Positions 1-13,710 of a DNA stretch of 64,000 nucleotides are shown here, piece after piece (position 1 is the stretch's first letter; each line of letters opens with the position of its first letter). Origin of the DNA: Lama glama (Eukaryota). The translations under genes and the position numbers were made by a program. Where the stretch lies: NCBI GenBank assembly GCA_028534125.1, contig CM052816.1, positions 47,494,001 through 47,558,000 of the forward strand, written 5' to 3'. The notes under the pieces are model-generated. The model saw only the letters and a list, made by a program, of their open reading frames with translations. It had not been told where the DNA came from and did no database searches.

Positions 1-2493
1 TTTAAATAGCATAGCCACAAAGGACATTGTCAGTAAAGTGAGGACATGGAACTAGCCACATCTGATTTTTGGAAAGAGATGAGAAGCAAGCATTTTTGTG
101 TTAAGGGAATGATTTGAATATATATATATATTTATTTTCTGCTTCCATTTTACCTAATACGTCAATACCCACTTTAAAAAAAAAAACAAACTACGTTCAC
201 ATCTTTTGGAGATAAAGTATTTTAGTGGCATATCTAACCTATTCTGTAAAGTCCAAGCTTTGTTTCGCACGTGTGTTTGTGGTAAGTGATAAAATTTGAA
301 AATAATTTGAAACAGTCATAAATATCTGTTGGCAGCTCGTGAGTAGATATATTTTTCTTCCTGAAGAAGTTACACCATGCGCCTCAAACACGTTCGCCAT
401 CAGGCCTATTGAGAAATCATGTTCGTAAGCAGGGTGGATTTAACAGCAGCTTCCTCGCAGGTTTACGTGTTTAATTAGCTGACAGGACAGACAGAACCAT
501 AGGGGCTAAAGAATTGCAAGAGAAGATAACGTGGAAGTGTAGCGAACTTCTTAGTGTGTCAAGCACTATTAATGACAGAAAGTGAGGAAGAGAATTAACT
601 GAACTTTCTCATGTTTTAAAGAATCCATATTTCATTATTCACCTGGTTATAATAAACTGTAGATCCCACAAACCACTCACTCAGGGAACAAATGCCCCAG
701 TTTCAGACAGTGTATCTGAGTTCAGGTCAGTGACGCCAAATTGGAAAATAAAGATGAGGTTGTGGTCCTGGAGGCAGTGAATGAAACTGAGATGGGTGTA
801 GTCTGACCCTAGCTCTCATTTTATGTTTTCAATATATAAACAGGAGCTCAAGACATCATTTCCATGTGGCACAAACTTTGCTGTAGCCCAGATATTAAAT
901 ATTTCCCCTATCTTTTAATGAAATTCTCTTGTATTTTAAAAATACGTATGTTCAAGGTAATGATTTTATGAGCATATATGTTTATTATAGGAAATAGCCA
1001 TATAAATATGTAATATTATTAGCTTATATATGTTAAGGCATTGAAATACTTTTTAGAATCAGTACCTCTATAACTTGATACCAGAAAAAATACGTGAGTT
1101 ATAACAGAAACTTATTTAAGAAAATGTGTTAACTACTCAAAGCACTGATTTCACCATTTCATTTTACATGGTGATCACTGATGATGGTAAAAATGAAATT
1201 TGTCAAATTCAGAGTTTGTTTAAATTTCTTGGGCTATAATACTTTATTCGATTTGAGCCATGTGGGAGTTTAATTTCTCTTCTGACTTTTTTTTTAAAGG
1301 AGAATAAAAGAAAGATAGAACATCCTTATTTTGAGGGAAAAATGGCCTTGAAGAGACTATACCAAAGATTCTAGGGGGTCTTTCATATCACATAGCCTAC
1401 AGAATAGGATTCTTGGGTGCCATTCGTGAATAATTCCAAAATATTTAAATTAAGGCGTGACCGGCTTTAACTTTAGGATGAAGTGCTTGGAAAACTATGA
1501 CAACAGTTGCAGGATCAAGGAGATGGAAAATGTGGAAACCCTAGGCTGAATCCCAAGTAATAATTACCGATCACATTGTAACTAGTGGTTTCTCAAAATC
1601 GTCAAATCATGCAGTCTGCCTTATACTTCTTAGTACCTGGGGCGGGACTGGCAAGTTCCACTGGCCACGAGGCTTTCAGAGTTGGAGCATCTGGACTTTG
1701 CCTGAGGTTCATAGACCTATCCTACGTGAGCACCTATAGCAACATGGCCAAAATTCCTTTATCAAGGGAACCTGTTAAACAACAAAACAAAACAAAAATA
1801 CTTCTAGGCCTGGAGATGTTGATCCATCAGTGGAAAACCAAAGACAGATTTGAACACTAAGGGCCAGAGAGAACCATATCAATCCTTTGGATAGAATGGG
1901 TTATTTGAGGAAAAAATAAATTTTCTAAGACCAGTCCTGTTTAGACCAGAGCCGATCACCTGTAGTCACCTACCTGGTAGGAATTGAGGGTTTCCAGAAG
2001 CAACGTAGGAACCAGGCCGATGGCCACATAAGCCTTGTTGCATGTACCAGTTGGTATCCATGCCTGCCTGTTGGATAGGGTAGCATAGCTAATTTCTTTT
2101 TTAAATTAATTTAAAGAAGGCAGGCAAATTTATTAACATTCTGGACATAATTGGAAACTGGTTAAAAGCTAAAGCCCCTTTCTCCAAGAGAGTCATAACA
2201 TTTCTGAAGGTCTGGGTATAAGAGTGTCCTTGAACTTTAGGATAGAAGTCCTTGGGAACAGACAACTACCATGGTTACCTTAGCTTAAAATCCTTACCTT
2301 GTCCCTGGTAATATGTCAGGCTTGGTTTATTGTGGCTTTTTGAGATGGGGTCACCATTGAAACATGACAAAAACTGGCTTTACATTTGGAGAGAAAGATC
2401 TCTCCTCTGGTAACTTAGACTCTTGGGGGAAATAATCAGTAGTCTTAGGTCTATAATTCTGTGATCAGTGCAGTGTTTGATAGATGAAGGTAC

Positions 2494-2706
2494 AATAACA
2501 GTAGCATTGACTGAGTGTGCGCTCGTAAGAGCTTTATACCCAGTATCCCGTTTACTCCTCGTTTATAGCTCTGTTAGGTAGGCCTGTTATTGTCCCCATG
2601 TTACAGATGAGCCTAAGTAATTTGCTTGAGGCCGCAGAGCTAGGGTGGCAAGTCCAGGGCAGAAAACATGTCCTCTGACCCCAAGCCCTGATGGTCTCCA
2701 CAGCCA
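2494..2706 (-). mobile_element. MIR SINE (ancient, near full length)
   Basis: Matches the reverse of the MIR core: aggtaggcctgttattgtccccatgttacagatgag...aagtaatttgcttgaggccgcagagctag. Confidence 0.85.
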
Positions 2707-3216
2707 CAATGTTCTCGTTTGAAGTGCCCTCCCTCCTGTTCTTGTAACTTCCCAGAAGAGTCAAGGAAGGGAGACTAAATTGGGAAGTGGGGGTGCGGAG
2801 GGGCTCATGCTGTTTAGATGACACCGTCAGGGTCGGTAAGAAGGAGATGGAGTCTGATCTTTTAATTATGGAGATTATTACAGCTCTTTTTATATCCAGT
2901 CTTAATCTTGCATGACATGGTGAAGATACCAACACAGAACAACACCTGAGTAACTGTTCATGTGTACAGTCTAAGAGAGCCAAGTCTGGATGGGTGAGAG
3001 TGAGTTTGAAGAGACAGGTGTGAGTGTGGACAGGAATGGTCAGGACAATCTATAACTGCCCCGGGAATCAGGCTTGCCCAACTTTTCCTATTGAAGTATT
3101 GCTCTCTATCTTCTCTTGTGTTTTGCCCCTTGCTTAGAAACAGTTGTAAATACTAATTTCTAAATAAACTTTTAAAATAGAAATGCAATGAAAAAATTTC
3201 AAGTCACTCACTAAAG

Positions 3217-3271
3217 TTTCTATTTACATTTCTATTACATTTCTATTACATTTCCAGACATTTCTATTACA
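3217..3271. repeat. Short tandem repeat, ~5 copies of TTTCTATTACA
   Basis: tttctatttaca tttctattaca tttctattaca tttccagaca tttctattaca, read directly. Confidence 0.9.
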
Positions 3272-6200
3272 TTAAATAGCTAAATTTGATCTTTACATCC
3301 AGTAAATCCTGAACTCTTAATTTTTATCAAAAGCAGACTTAATCATTTAAAGGCAAGACAAAAGTATAATTTGGAGTACAGAACAATTGCTATTTGAATA
3401 TCCTTATTTCAGAAAGCTGCTTTACTTCAATTAAAATAATTTAACATCATTAACATTTCGTTCCTCAAAATAGTTTGTATGATAAGTATTATCTTTATTT
3501 AGAGATTAGAAAAATAAAACAGGTTATGTTTTATTCAGGATTTTCAAGTAAATCAATGAGAAAAGCCAGTTTTACACTAAGAAAATTAAAAGCAAAATTG
3601 AGACAATCATCCATATAATAAAATCTCACACTGCCATTTTTTTGCATTGATTGCATTTTGTTCAGATGAAAGGCTTTTTCTTTCTTAAAAGCAAATTCCT
3701 AAAATAGATATTTTTCTCTTTTTAAGAATGGCATTATTTAATTATGGAACAAGCAAAGAGGCTTTAGACTGACTCACAGAACATTTCTTTTGGTACGTCT
3801 ATTTAAAGAAAGTCATAAAGGAGAAAATCACAGCATGGCAGCTATGTTAATGACTGATGAAAAAAATATAAAGTAGAAGACTTTTTTTCTGTACACAATT
3901 AACCCTTTACAACAACTAGATTAAATGCTGCATTTGATAACTCTATTTTCCAAAATTTTTCTAAAATGAATTTAAATGTCCAAACTGGAAAACAATACTC
4001 CACAGCATTAACAAATGAATACATTATTCTAAGGTTTATTAAATAATGAACTGATTTTCAAAAAAGATTTCTGGACAGAAATACAGAAATTAAATACAAA
4101 AACTAAAGATGTGTGTGTCAGTGCCACTGAAAATGAAATAGAAATATGTTTTCATTTGCAAAACCACATACCGTTCTTTTCTCTATAAAACGACTAGAGA
4201 ATAAAAACTATAGCTGTATCCTTTTATTCTCTCATTTGCCTCTTTGGAAAAAAAAATCTAGCCTCTTTGTTTCCTAACATGCAATGCGAGAATACAATAG
4301 TGTGTGATTCTCCTGCAGGACCTATTTCCTTTTCTTAAATCACAGCATGAACCTAGGATCCTCACTTACTCTTAATTTCCTATTTTGGCATATCAGCAAT
4401 TCAAGGAAAAGGAATTCTGTGTTTTTTGCTTTTTTTTTTCCCTTTCTCTTTTTACTCCTCCTGAGGGAAGGTTGAACTGGCTGGAAACTATAAGATGAAC
4501 TTGAATGCATCATGACAACTGCTGGAATGAGTGAGTTGCTGTGTTGCTCCCCCACCAGCTACTGTCATCTGAAGTCCGTGGGGGCCAGAGAAACTACAGT
4601 GGGTGCAGGCATCCTCTTAAATAAAAAAGAGAACATTATAAACCACACCCATTAATTGGACAAAATGTAAAATCAATAAATCAGCTGAGGACCAAAGCAG
4701 ATGGACATGGGCGGCTTGTCTTCTCTTCACCAAAGGTTTTCTGTTTCAAAACGATTTGGAGAAATGTAATGCTGTACAGTAAGTGACCGTGACTCTGCTG
4801 GTCACAAAACAAACACTGTTGTTAGTCTACCATCTTGGAAAATATTCCCTAAGGCTAATGTGGACTGACTTATATAACCTGCTCTGAATTTGTCCAGGAT
4901 AAAGAGTGATGGATGAAAACTTAAGTTTGGGTAGCAGTCATGGGTGTTACTAGATTTACTAGACTCAGGATTTACTAGATTTCGTTGATAAAAATGATTG
5001 AGCCATTAATAATTTAATGTCTTGCCATTGTATATAATTTCCTATATCATACAAAATTGTTCTCAAGCCTCTGCTCAAACATTGTCCCTGGAAATCTGTC
5101 CATGACTTCTGTATTTTTCTGCTAAGATACAGATTAGATCAAATGCAAACTTTATTTGAAAATCATAAGATATAAACTGGTCTGTTTTATGTGTTGTAAT
5201 TGGAAGTATTCATTACATAGCATGAAGAAATCAGAATCACAGAACCTTAGAAATAGGTGTTATTTTCATACAGAAATAATAATGCCTATAGTTTTCATTG
5301 TTGGGAATTATAAGTAAAAAAAGTTTGATCTCTATTGATCACTTCAATAGAGCACAAATTAATGGTTAAACTATTCATATACCGTCAAGAAACAGGTCTT
5401 TCATAAGCAACATCTTTTTCATTCTTACTACATACCCCAGATATGAACTAGGTATTAAATGGAAATATCATCATACATTATACAGATGGTAAATGTTTCT
5501 CCAAAACAGCACCAGTTTGATGTAAATTGCTCTCAGATGTCCAGGTGTTTAAAGCTATTATTGGTAGCATAATCAACGAATGGCATATAAAGATATGTTT
5601 TGTGCCTCATTTCTTGAAAAAATAACGTCTAGTTTTTTTATAACTATTTTCTATGTTCAGGCATGGAGACATAATGAGACAAAAAGCCAGTATTTGTTCT
5701 GCTCGGAACTGCTTCAACATGCTTAGGTATAAAGTCAAGATACGGAATAATGTTCAAATCTGCCTGTATGATGATGGTACTGGGATCATTATTTTAAGAA
5801 AGCCAGTTGGCTTTGCTCATTGTGGTTTTTGCTATTGCTCTGCCTGTTACTAGATTGGAGTGCAGGTGGGATCAGAATTTTCTAAGCTTTTATACTCTCC
5901 ACTAACCTCGTAAGTTTAGCTCTAACAGAAGCACAAGCAGCTAAATGACTATCTATATAGATTCAGGCAGACATGGCTGGGCCAACAATAACAATGACAG
6001 AAGAGAGCAGATTTGCAGGGCCTGGACTTAGCACTAAATTTCCACCTGGACCAAGGTAGCCATCGGGGGACTCTGACTCAACACAAACCCGGAAATGTCT
6101 CCCCTGGAGGCTGTGGCACAGACCCACTGCTAAAAAGTAGTGGTGGATCTCTACTAACAAGATGAATCAGGGTGGGGATCCAGCAAAAGATGAGCATGGA

Positions 6201-8879
6201 GTCAGAAGGCAGACAGGAGAGCTCTGCTAGGGGTTCTGTCTCTTGGCATTTACCCTGGAAGGGTATACAGTCCATTAGCGTGGGGTAAGTTCTGACAATT
6301 GTTCAAAGACTGACTCCAGCCTTAAGAAGTATTAATAAGAGCAAGAAAGGGTCTGATTCTGGGGAAAAAAAAAAACAAAAGCAAAACGTGCTGTGGGCAA
6401 TGACAGGACAGCTAGCCCAGACAGAAGAAATAAGGCAGAAGCCACTTGATCCAACTGAGGTGGATAATCAGAGCTGGTAAAGCGAGTGAGACTTCCCAGA
6501 GGAGCAGGCTAAAACTTCTTAACTCCAGGCCTTTTTCTGTCTCCTGGTCCAGATTGGTGCTCTCAACTAGATCGGGAAATAACAGGCACAATCAAATGAT
6601 GGTCTCTGGAGAAAGGAAGGATTCAGAGTCTGGAGGTCTGAGAAATATGCTTGGAAACACCCTGATGGTGAAAATGGAAAGATTTTCACCAGCAGACTCT
6701 GCAAGCAACAGTCCTGTGTCCAGTTGGATCCCCTCATAGACTATACAGGTATACAATTTCACTTCAGAAGAAGTATTAATGACAGACAAGGCCTCCAAAA
6801 AAGTTCTCAAGCCCCTACTTTATGCAAAACTGAATTTCATTAGTTACAAGGGAGGGATAATTAAGAAGAAAACCAAATGAAAAACTCTCTGCCCTCCAGA
6901 AATTTAAAATCTGGTACCTATGAAGAAAGCAGTATTCTCCCCGTGGTAGGAGCTGAGAGCTAATCACAAATGTTAGAGCTGGAAATCTCTTACTGGATTA
7001 GAAATCATAGCTTTGGGGCCACAATATCAGAAAAACAGTCCAGCTCATGGCTCTAACAATCAACTCAATACCGGCATACAATACAACAAGCCACACTTCG
7101 ATACGGTGATGCTTTAGCAGTTGCTGAACTATTGTAAAAACAAACAACAAACAAAAAGAAAAAGAAAAAAACGAAAGGAAGCTGAAAGTGAGGAGGCAGA
7201 AAAACTGTTAAGACCAGACCTGTCAGAAGCATAGGAAATTATTCTCTCTGCAGCCAGCAGAAGGAACCAGAGAGGATGAGACAAAGTGACCCGAGTGAGC
7301 TTCAGAATAGCTGCCCTCAGGGTACTTCTAACATCCTAAGGAAAATATGTCTCCAATCCCCACTCTTTCTTCCCAAATTTTGTCTTAATCACGAAGTCTG
7401 CCTGTTGTTATAGTATTTTAGGAAAGCAGTTATCCAGATCTGTCTTACTGGATGTTGAACATTTTCTCAAATGATCCAGTTTTCTTTTTCTAAACTGAAT
7501 GTGTCACACAAACCTATAGATTGCAGTCATCAGAAATGGAGTTTTATGGGTTTTTCTTTCCTGAGCTATTAAGACGATTCACCATTAGATTCTTATCCAA
7601 GTCAAAAGAGAAATAAAGTGATCCCAGAAGCTGGCATGGCTTTGTGAGGTGAAAATTGGAGGAGAAGCAGATTAAAACTCATTGCTTAAGAAGCAAAGCT
7701 TGGAAGGACTAATTTCTAAGTTCTAATTCATGATACAAATAAAATACTAGGCACAAACTAAAAATGATCTCTAAGAATAATTTCAGAGCAGGACAAATTA
7801 AAAAAGGAATGACTTCTCCTGATAGAGAACATGAGTGATTGAATGAAAACATGAAGCCAATTAACAAAATAAGACATATTAAAAAATGAATTGACTGCAC
7901 AAAAGACAACATATTCATCAGAAAGTGATGACGTTCCCACCACATGTTTATTACAGGGTCTCCTGGTCATGATGTTCGTGATTTCCTTTTGGGCGTCTTC
8001 TAGAGGTGGAGGTGGTAGACGTTTCTGAAACTTAAGCTGCATCAAGGTTAATACTCCGAGAAAACTCCATTGCTGAGTTAAGATTGAGAAACCTGAATTC
8101 ACTTTCATTGTTTCTACTGGAATAATTAGTTCATAATGGCAAAACGCACCAAGTTATATACAGCCAGAGACTCTAGAATCCACCCACACTGCAAAGCATG
8201 ACTAGAAATTCTCACATACCAAGTGAATCATGTAGCTTCTTTACTGTGGTAAGCAGCACTCACAAAACAGAATTTTCATATGGGAAAGTATGTATCATAA
8301 ATATATGGTCTTTTTGACAATAGGGAAATTAACTGTAAAAGAAAGTCAGAAACTCAAAACTTGGCACATACATAATCCTACACAATTGAAAATGTTATTC
8401 AATTTTTAAAAAAAATAAGTAAAATAACTCTTACTAAAATTAACCTTTGAAAACATTTAAGCACTGGTGCATATACTTTATTTTAAAAACAAAATCTTAA
8501 ATTTGGGGGCATGTATATTGATGCATTAGCTCAGTGTTCATGTAACAGTATTCTTAATTTGTCTTTTGAGACCCAATAGTTTTTTTTAATTTAAACTACC
8601 CTGATTAAGAACTAAATTCACATGTGTAGTGATTCAATGTTTTCTGAAGAATATATTAAATTTTAGTCTGTATGTGAAGATTTGTCTTAAATCTTACCTA
8701 TTATGCATGTAAACAAAGCCTTGTCACCCAGTAAGCCTATGTCGAAAGGGACTGTGTCCATGAACTGTATGTTTTCAAGTCATGTTTCATGCAGAGCTGC
8801 GAGAAATTCATCTTGTAAAGGAATGACAGGCAGATGTTCGAGATATGGCTTCAGGGCAGTGTGATTATTTTAATTACTG

Positions 8880-9062
8880 TAACCAAACATTTATAAAAAT
8901 CAAAAGTTTCAAAGTGATCACCTTGCTCATTTCAGTGATGCTGCCATTGCTCAACCCAGTATTGGATGTCCTCTTGTGATAACTGCCTTCAGAGGCTGCT
9001 GCCTACTCTTTTGAACAATTTTTTATAATGCCCAACAAAGGAAAATTGACTTTGGGAAAACT
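8880..9062. mobile_element. MARNA-like mariner (TcMar) DNA transposon relic
   Basis: aaagtgatcaccttg...gatgctgccattgctcaa...aactgccttcagagg...cttttgaa resembles the recalled MARNA consensus. Confidence 0.7.
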
Positions 9063-12000
9063 ATATGAAGTTAAGTGTATTGAACATAGGTATCTCTGCT
9101 TTAGGTTTAAAAATATGACTATGAAATAAGAATATTTTTCTACCAGCTCCTAATCTCACTGTGAAGGCAATTCCAAAGGAAGAGTTTGGTAAAGGGTTTG
9201 AGCAATAGGGAGGGGGCGGAGCACTGGCTGCAGTGAAGCTTGTGCGTAGACAGACCCTCAGTGTAGCTGCCGTAAAGAAAACCATCAAGCGTCTCCTTGC
9301 TTCATGGCGGTGTGGTCATACTCTAAGAAGAGACAAAAGGAGAGTGTTGCTGACTGACTTTTCTATGAAATCTCCCAATGGGACCTGGGACTTTAACATT
9401 TAGACTGACACTAAGGAGATTTGGATTTACTTCCTAAATTTTTCCTTTAAGAAGGAGTTGGGCTTCTCAAAATTGTCTTAAGAGATGTTCCAATTTCCCT
9501 ATGCTGAATGAGAAATCAATGCATGTACTTTGTGAATATGCTCTGAGCAGGAGCTGAAAGAACTTGTCAGGTCAAAAGAACACCTTTAGGTTCTGTCTAC
9601 GTATCTTTAGCTTCCATATAATATCTCTTGAATATTCTGATGAAACTGAAGAGAGTCCTACTAATAGTTTACTTTCACCCCAGTGAATTTTAGGGACACT
9701 ATAGCCAAGTCCATGCAAATATCTTCATGTGAAAGCTCCAGGAACAAAGTCAAGTAATCTTACAATTTTTCAAATTTCTATGTGAAAAATACTGTAAAAT
9801 CTTCTATCCTGGGAAATTAAATTTTCTTAAATCTTTCAAAAATAGAATTTAGAGAAAATTTAAAATTCTGAAAGAAAAGAATCCTCATGTGTAGAAAGCA
9901 CTCACTATATTGGGTACTTATCAACCTCAGAAATGACAATTGAAATATTGGGTTAAAATTTGTTCCACTGAGTCTACCACAAATAAACATTATCATGAGT
10001 TAGATGTGTCTGAAAAAGAGACAGTTAAAATGTTACTACCAACTCAACTTTAAAAATTCAGTATCTATTCCATTGAATTAATATTTCTCTTAGTAACAAT
10101 ATTACTTCAACTTATTGGAAAATTACCTCTTCCCCTTCCCTCAATTATCTAGTATTACATCTGTAACTGGAAAAAATCATAATTAAGCCAACAGAAACAA
10201 TTTTGTGAAATAGATGCTCATAACCTTTAGGGTATTTTCAGCATGGTTATTCAATTTGAAAAATTTATTCAATTTTTATTTTTATGTCAGATGCATGAGA
10301 CTATTTCAGGTAATGTTTTCTAAGGTATAAGGGAATGATTTGTGTAAACATCAATATAATTCTGCATATGATTTTAGGAGAGTTTTTAGAAGATATACGA
10401 GGAAAATAACTTTATTTTTTTTTAACGCTGATAAATGAGTCATTTAAGAAACAAAAAGCATATGTGATCACGCATAAAAAGTTCAATTCAATGAAACAGG
10501 CTGCTTTCTGTGTTCCAGTTTGAAAAAATTAGACAAAATATATGCCTCATTTCTTTTTTACTGTAGTTCTAATATAAATTGATTGAAATCATTTTGTTGT
10601 ATTGTTAAAACTGATAAATGAGTAACAATTCGGGCACAGTGTTTATAAAGATGTAAGCCAAAGAAATTCTAGACAGAGATCACAGGACTTACAAGAGCTC
10701 ATTTTTTGTAATTTGATCACAAAAAGCCCACATAATAAGATGATGAAACAATTAAATTTCAGTTTTAAAGAAAGTGATAGGAATTGAAATGATTATATTT
10801 TAGTATTGAAACTAAAATAATTTCTTTCTTGTTTGCAACCTTTAAACATGACTGAAGAGAAAGAATTCAGGAAAGGCACTCTAATACATAGCAATATGTA
10901 TAGTTGGCAAACCTCAAATGTTTATTAGTTATGCTCACATATGAGAGGGTATTGAGCAAAATTTTGATAATTTTCTCACTACATGGGTTTACTATTAAAT
11001 AAAACTGTTTCAGTATAATTTTCCCAGACAACTGAAAGAAGAATTAAAATTATAGCACTTTTAAATATGGGAAACAGAAAATGTACCTTAAGGACAATTA
11101 AAAAAAAAAAACTTGTTGCAACTTAAATGGTCAGTTATTTCACATTCCAGCTACTTGTCTAAAATAGGAGGCAATCTAAAATTGCCAATTGATGATTGAA
11201 TTAAAAACTTTCAGACATTAAAAGAATAATTCTCAGGTTTCTTCCAGAAAACATGAATCAGCAAAGGAACAGAACTAATCAGTATAAAATTAACAGGTAA
11301 TACTTGAAAAAAAATCGAATGAAAATAAAATTAGCAACAGCCTTTGTCATTTATTTATACTAGGTGGCATATACAAATTTAAAGCTTTTAAACTGGCTTG
11401 CAATATTTATAAGAATATATGCACATGTTTATGCTTCAAAAAGTATTATCCAATACATAGCTTGACAACTTTATTTTTGTTAACTGTTCCGTTCAAAATG
11501 CTTTAAAATAACAATTAGATAACTTAAAAGTATTAGGCACACTTAATACTTTAAAATTTTTATTTAGAGTAGAATTAAGAAGGTGGGGAAATCAAGATAG
11601 AAAAATTAAATTTATATTTGCCAAACACTTAAAAATATTAAGAGAATGTCATGCTTAATTTCAAAGTTTAAGTTCAAACCCAGGGTAATTCACAAGTGGA
11701 AAATACTGATTAGCAATAAGATAATGTTTTGAGTAATTTTTTTATTATTCAATAGTCTAATTTATAAATGCAATTAAAATTTTTGAAAACTGCAAAAAAG
11801 TTACACAATATAAAGAAATAAAATTCTGCCTAAAAAACAAAGTAATTATAGAATGCTCTCACATTCTATGTTTACTTAAAAATATTTCCTGTGTATATTT
11901 TGGAGATCTATGATTCAGAGGGGGATTTTAACAACAAAATGAAAACCTCTGCATTCATTCCTCTGTTTTATATCTTTAAAAGAAATAAATATTAATGCTT

Positions 12001-12659
12001 TATTTTCAAGTAGCTACTACTGTTTTTATCCATTCTGGAGAAAAGAATTTGCTGAAATAAGTTTGATACTGGAAACTTCTGTCTCTATTTTGTTTAAGCC
12101 TTGATTTCTATAGTCGTAAGACAATGATAGTTGGTAGAGATTTTTTTTAATGTCATTTTCATGGCATACAATGCTGTTTCCACAAATCATTGTTTCTCTT
12201 GAAGTGAAATTACTCATCTTTGATATCAAACTAATAATTTTAGTATCTGTCCTTTAACTATGATAGTTTTTGATAACAACACTAACTGCCTTTAAAAAAC
12301 AAGTATGTAACTACTATTTCTAGCACAAAAAAGTTACACCTGTATATTTTCCTCTCTTCTTCCTTTTTCCTCTCCTTTCCTTACTTCCTCTTTTTTCGGG
12401 GGGGGGGTCAATATTGAATCAAGTAACTGTCTATAGGGAGGAGCAAATGTTATTACCTGTAGTCAACTGGCAAGATATATGAAAATCTTTATCACATGAG
12501 AAGTATTAAAAGCAAACAGATTTACTCTAAGTAAGGCCTGAGAACAAGGGTAGGTTGTGGCCGGCTAGCATATAAGCTCAATTCTCGTTTAGGAGTTTTG
12601 GTGGAATGTCTTTCCTTTACTTTCTGAAATGCACTCTGCTGATTTAAAAAAAAAAAAAA

Positions 12660-13560
12660 AGCTGACAGTTAATTAGCACAGAGTCTTATTACAGAAATCT
12701 CCTCTAAAGCAGACATATTCAAGTTACACTGAGGTGATTGTCATAAAGGGTTTGTTTGCTGTGGCGCTCACAGATGGCAGAAAAGACAGCCCAGGAACGC
12801 AAACAGCCTGATAATCAAGATAGCCTTCCTTAAAACATGGGTGAGTTTTCGACTCTGATTCTGGCAGCAGCCCCTTTTCAAATATCTTGGGTTGTTATGT
12901 CCAAGTGGTTTACTTTAAAGCAGCCTTGTCATCAAAGGGGTCCCAGAGTCAAGAATAATTATGATAATTACCCAGAATTGCACCCCCAAATAATCATAAT
13001 AATAATCCTGCATCTTAACCAAGTCTAATATTGTTTGTGCAATACACCGCTACATTCAAAAAGATGAAGTGCTGGACAACTACGATCTATTCTTGACTGA
13101 CAAAGCTGCTATAATTGTATGACTTTCTGGGATAATGGTTTAAACAAAAGTAAATAGTTAAAAAAAAATCCCTCCCCCTCCCCCCCCAAAAGGATTGGAA
13201 AGCTTAGCTGTGTTTAGTGCCCACTGATGAAAGCAGTGTGCTCTGATCCATGCTGCTATTGTTGGTTTTAGTTTAGCTCCCTCTCAATCAATATCTAACA
13301 GGGCATGATTTAATAAGGTTTTATAATCTCCAAAAATGGGGGGGAGGGTGGTTGTGGTATTGTCATTCATCAAAGGGGGCCTTTCAGGTTTCTTTGCTTT
13401 CACCTGCTGGGACCCATTTGGTCTCTTTCAAAGAGAATGCAATGACAAAATGAATGAGAAATGCTAGAATAAGAGTCCCTTATTCTACCCAATAGTATAA
13501 TCAATGGGTACTTGTAATCCCTATTGTACCTCACAGAGGTAGTTGTAAGACAATTAAATC
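12660..13560. promoter_or_regulatory. Candidate developmental enhancer (TALE/Hox/TCF motif cluster)
   Basis: TGACAG 12663, TAATTA 12670, TGATTGTCATAAA 12735, TGTC+ATCAAAG 12927-12937, TGATTTAAT 13306, TGTCA and ATCAAAG 13361-13375, in essentially repeat-free sequence. Confidence 0.45.
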
Positions 13561-13687
13561 TCGCTTCTCAGGCAAATGATTTTGGTAGTTAACCTGAAAC
13601 AGCCAACAATATTGAAGAGAATGAATGCATTTGAAGCAATGATGTAATGGGATACTGCCTGGCCAGAAAAGCATGCCTGTGTCTTGA

Positions 13688-13710
13688 TGTGTGTGTATGT
13701 GTGTGTGTGT
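13688..13710. repeat. (TG)n microsatellite, interrupted
   Basis: tgtgtgtgtatgtgtgtgtgtgt. Confidence 0.9.

Noticed and set aside
3217..3271. Repeat array as CRISPR-like
   Set aside because: Head-to-tail 11-mers with no spacers in mammalian DNA; an ordinary slippage repeat
5960..6340. Possible LTR/MER relic
   Set aside because: Composition is suggestive, but I could not match a family or find termini
7135..7175. A-rich tract as the tail of a retrocopy
   Set aside because: No polyadenylation signal, TSD or recognisable upstream body
12767..12780. CTCF-like CTCACAGATGGCAG
   Set aside because: Three mismatches in the 5' core; better read as a CAGATG E-box, if anything
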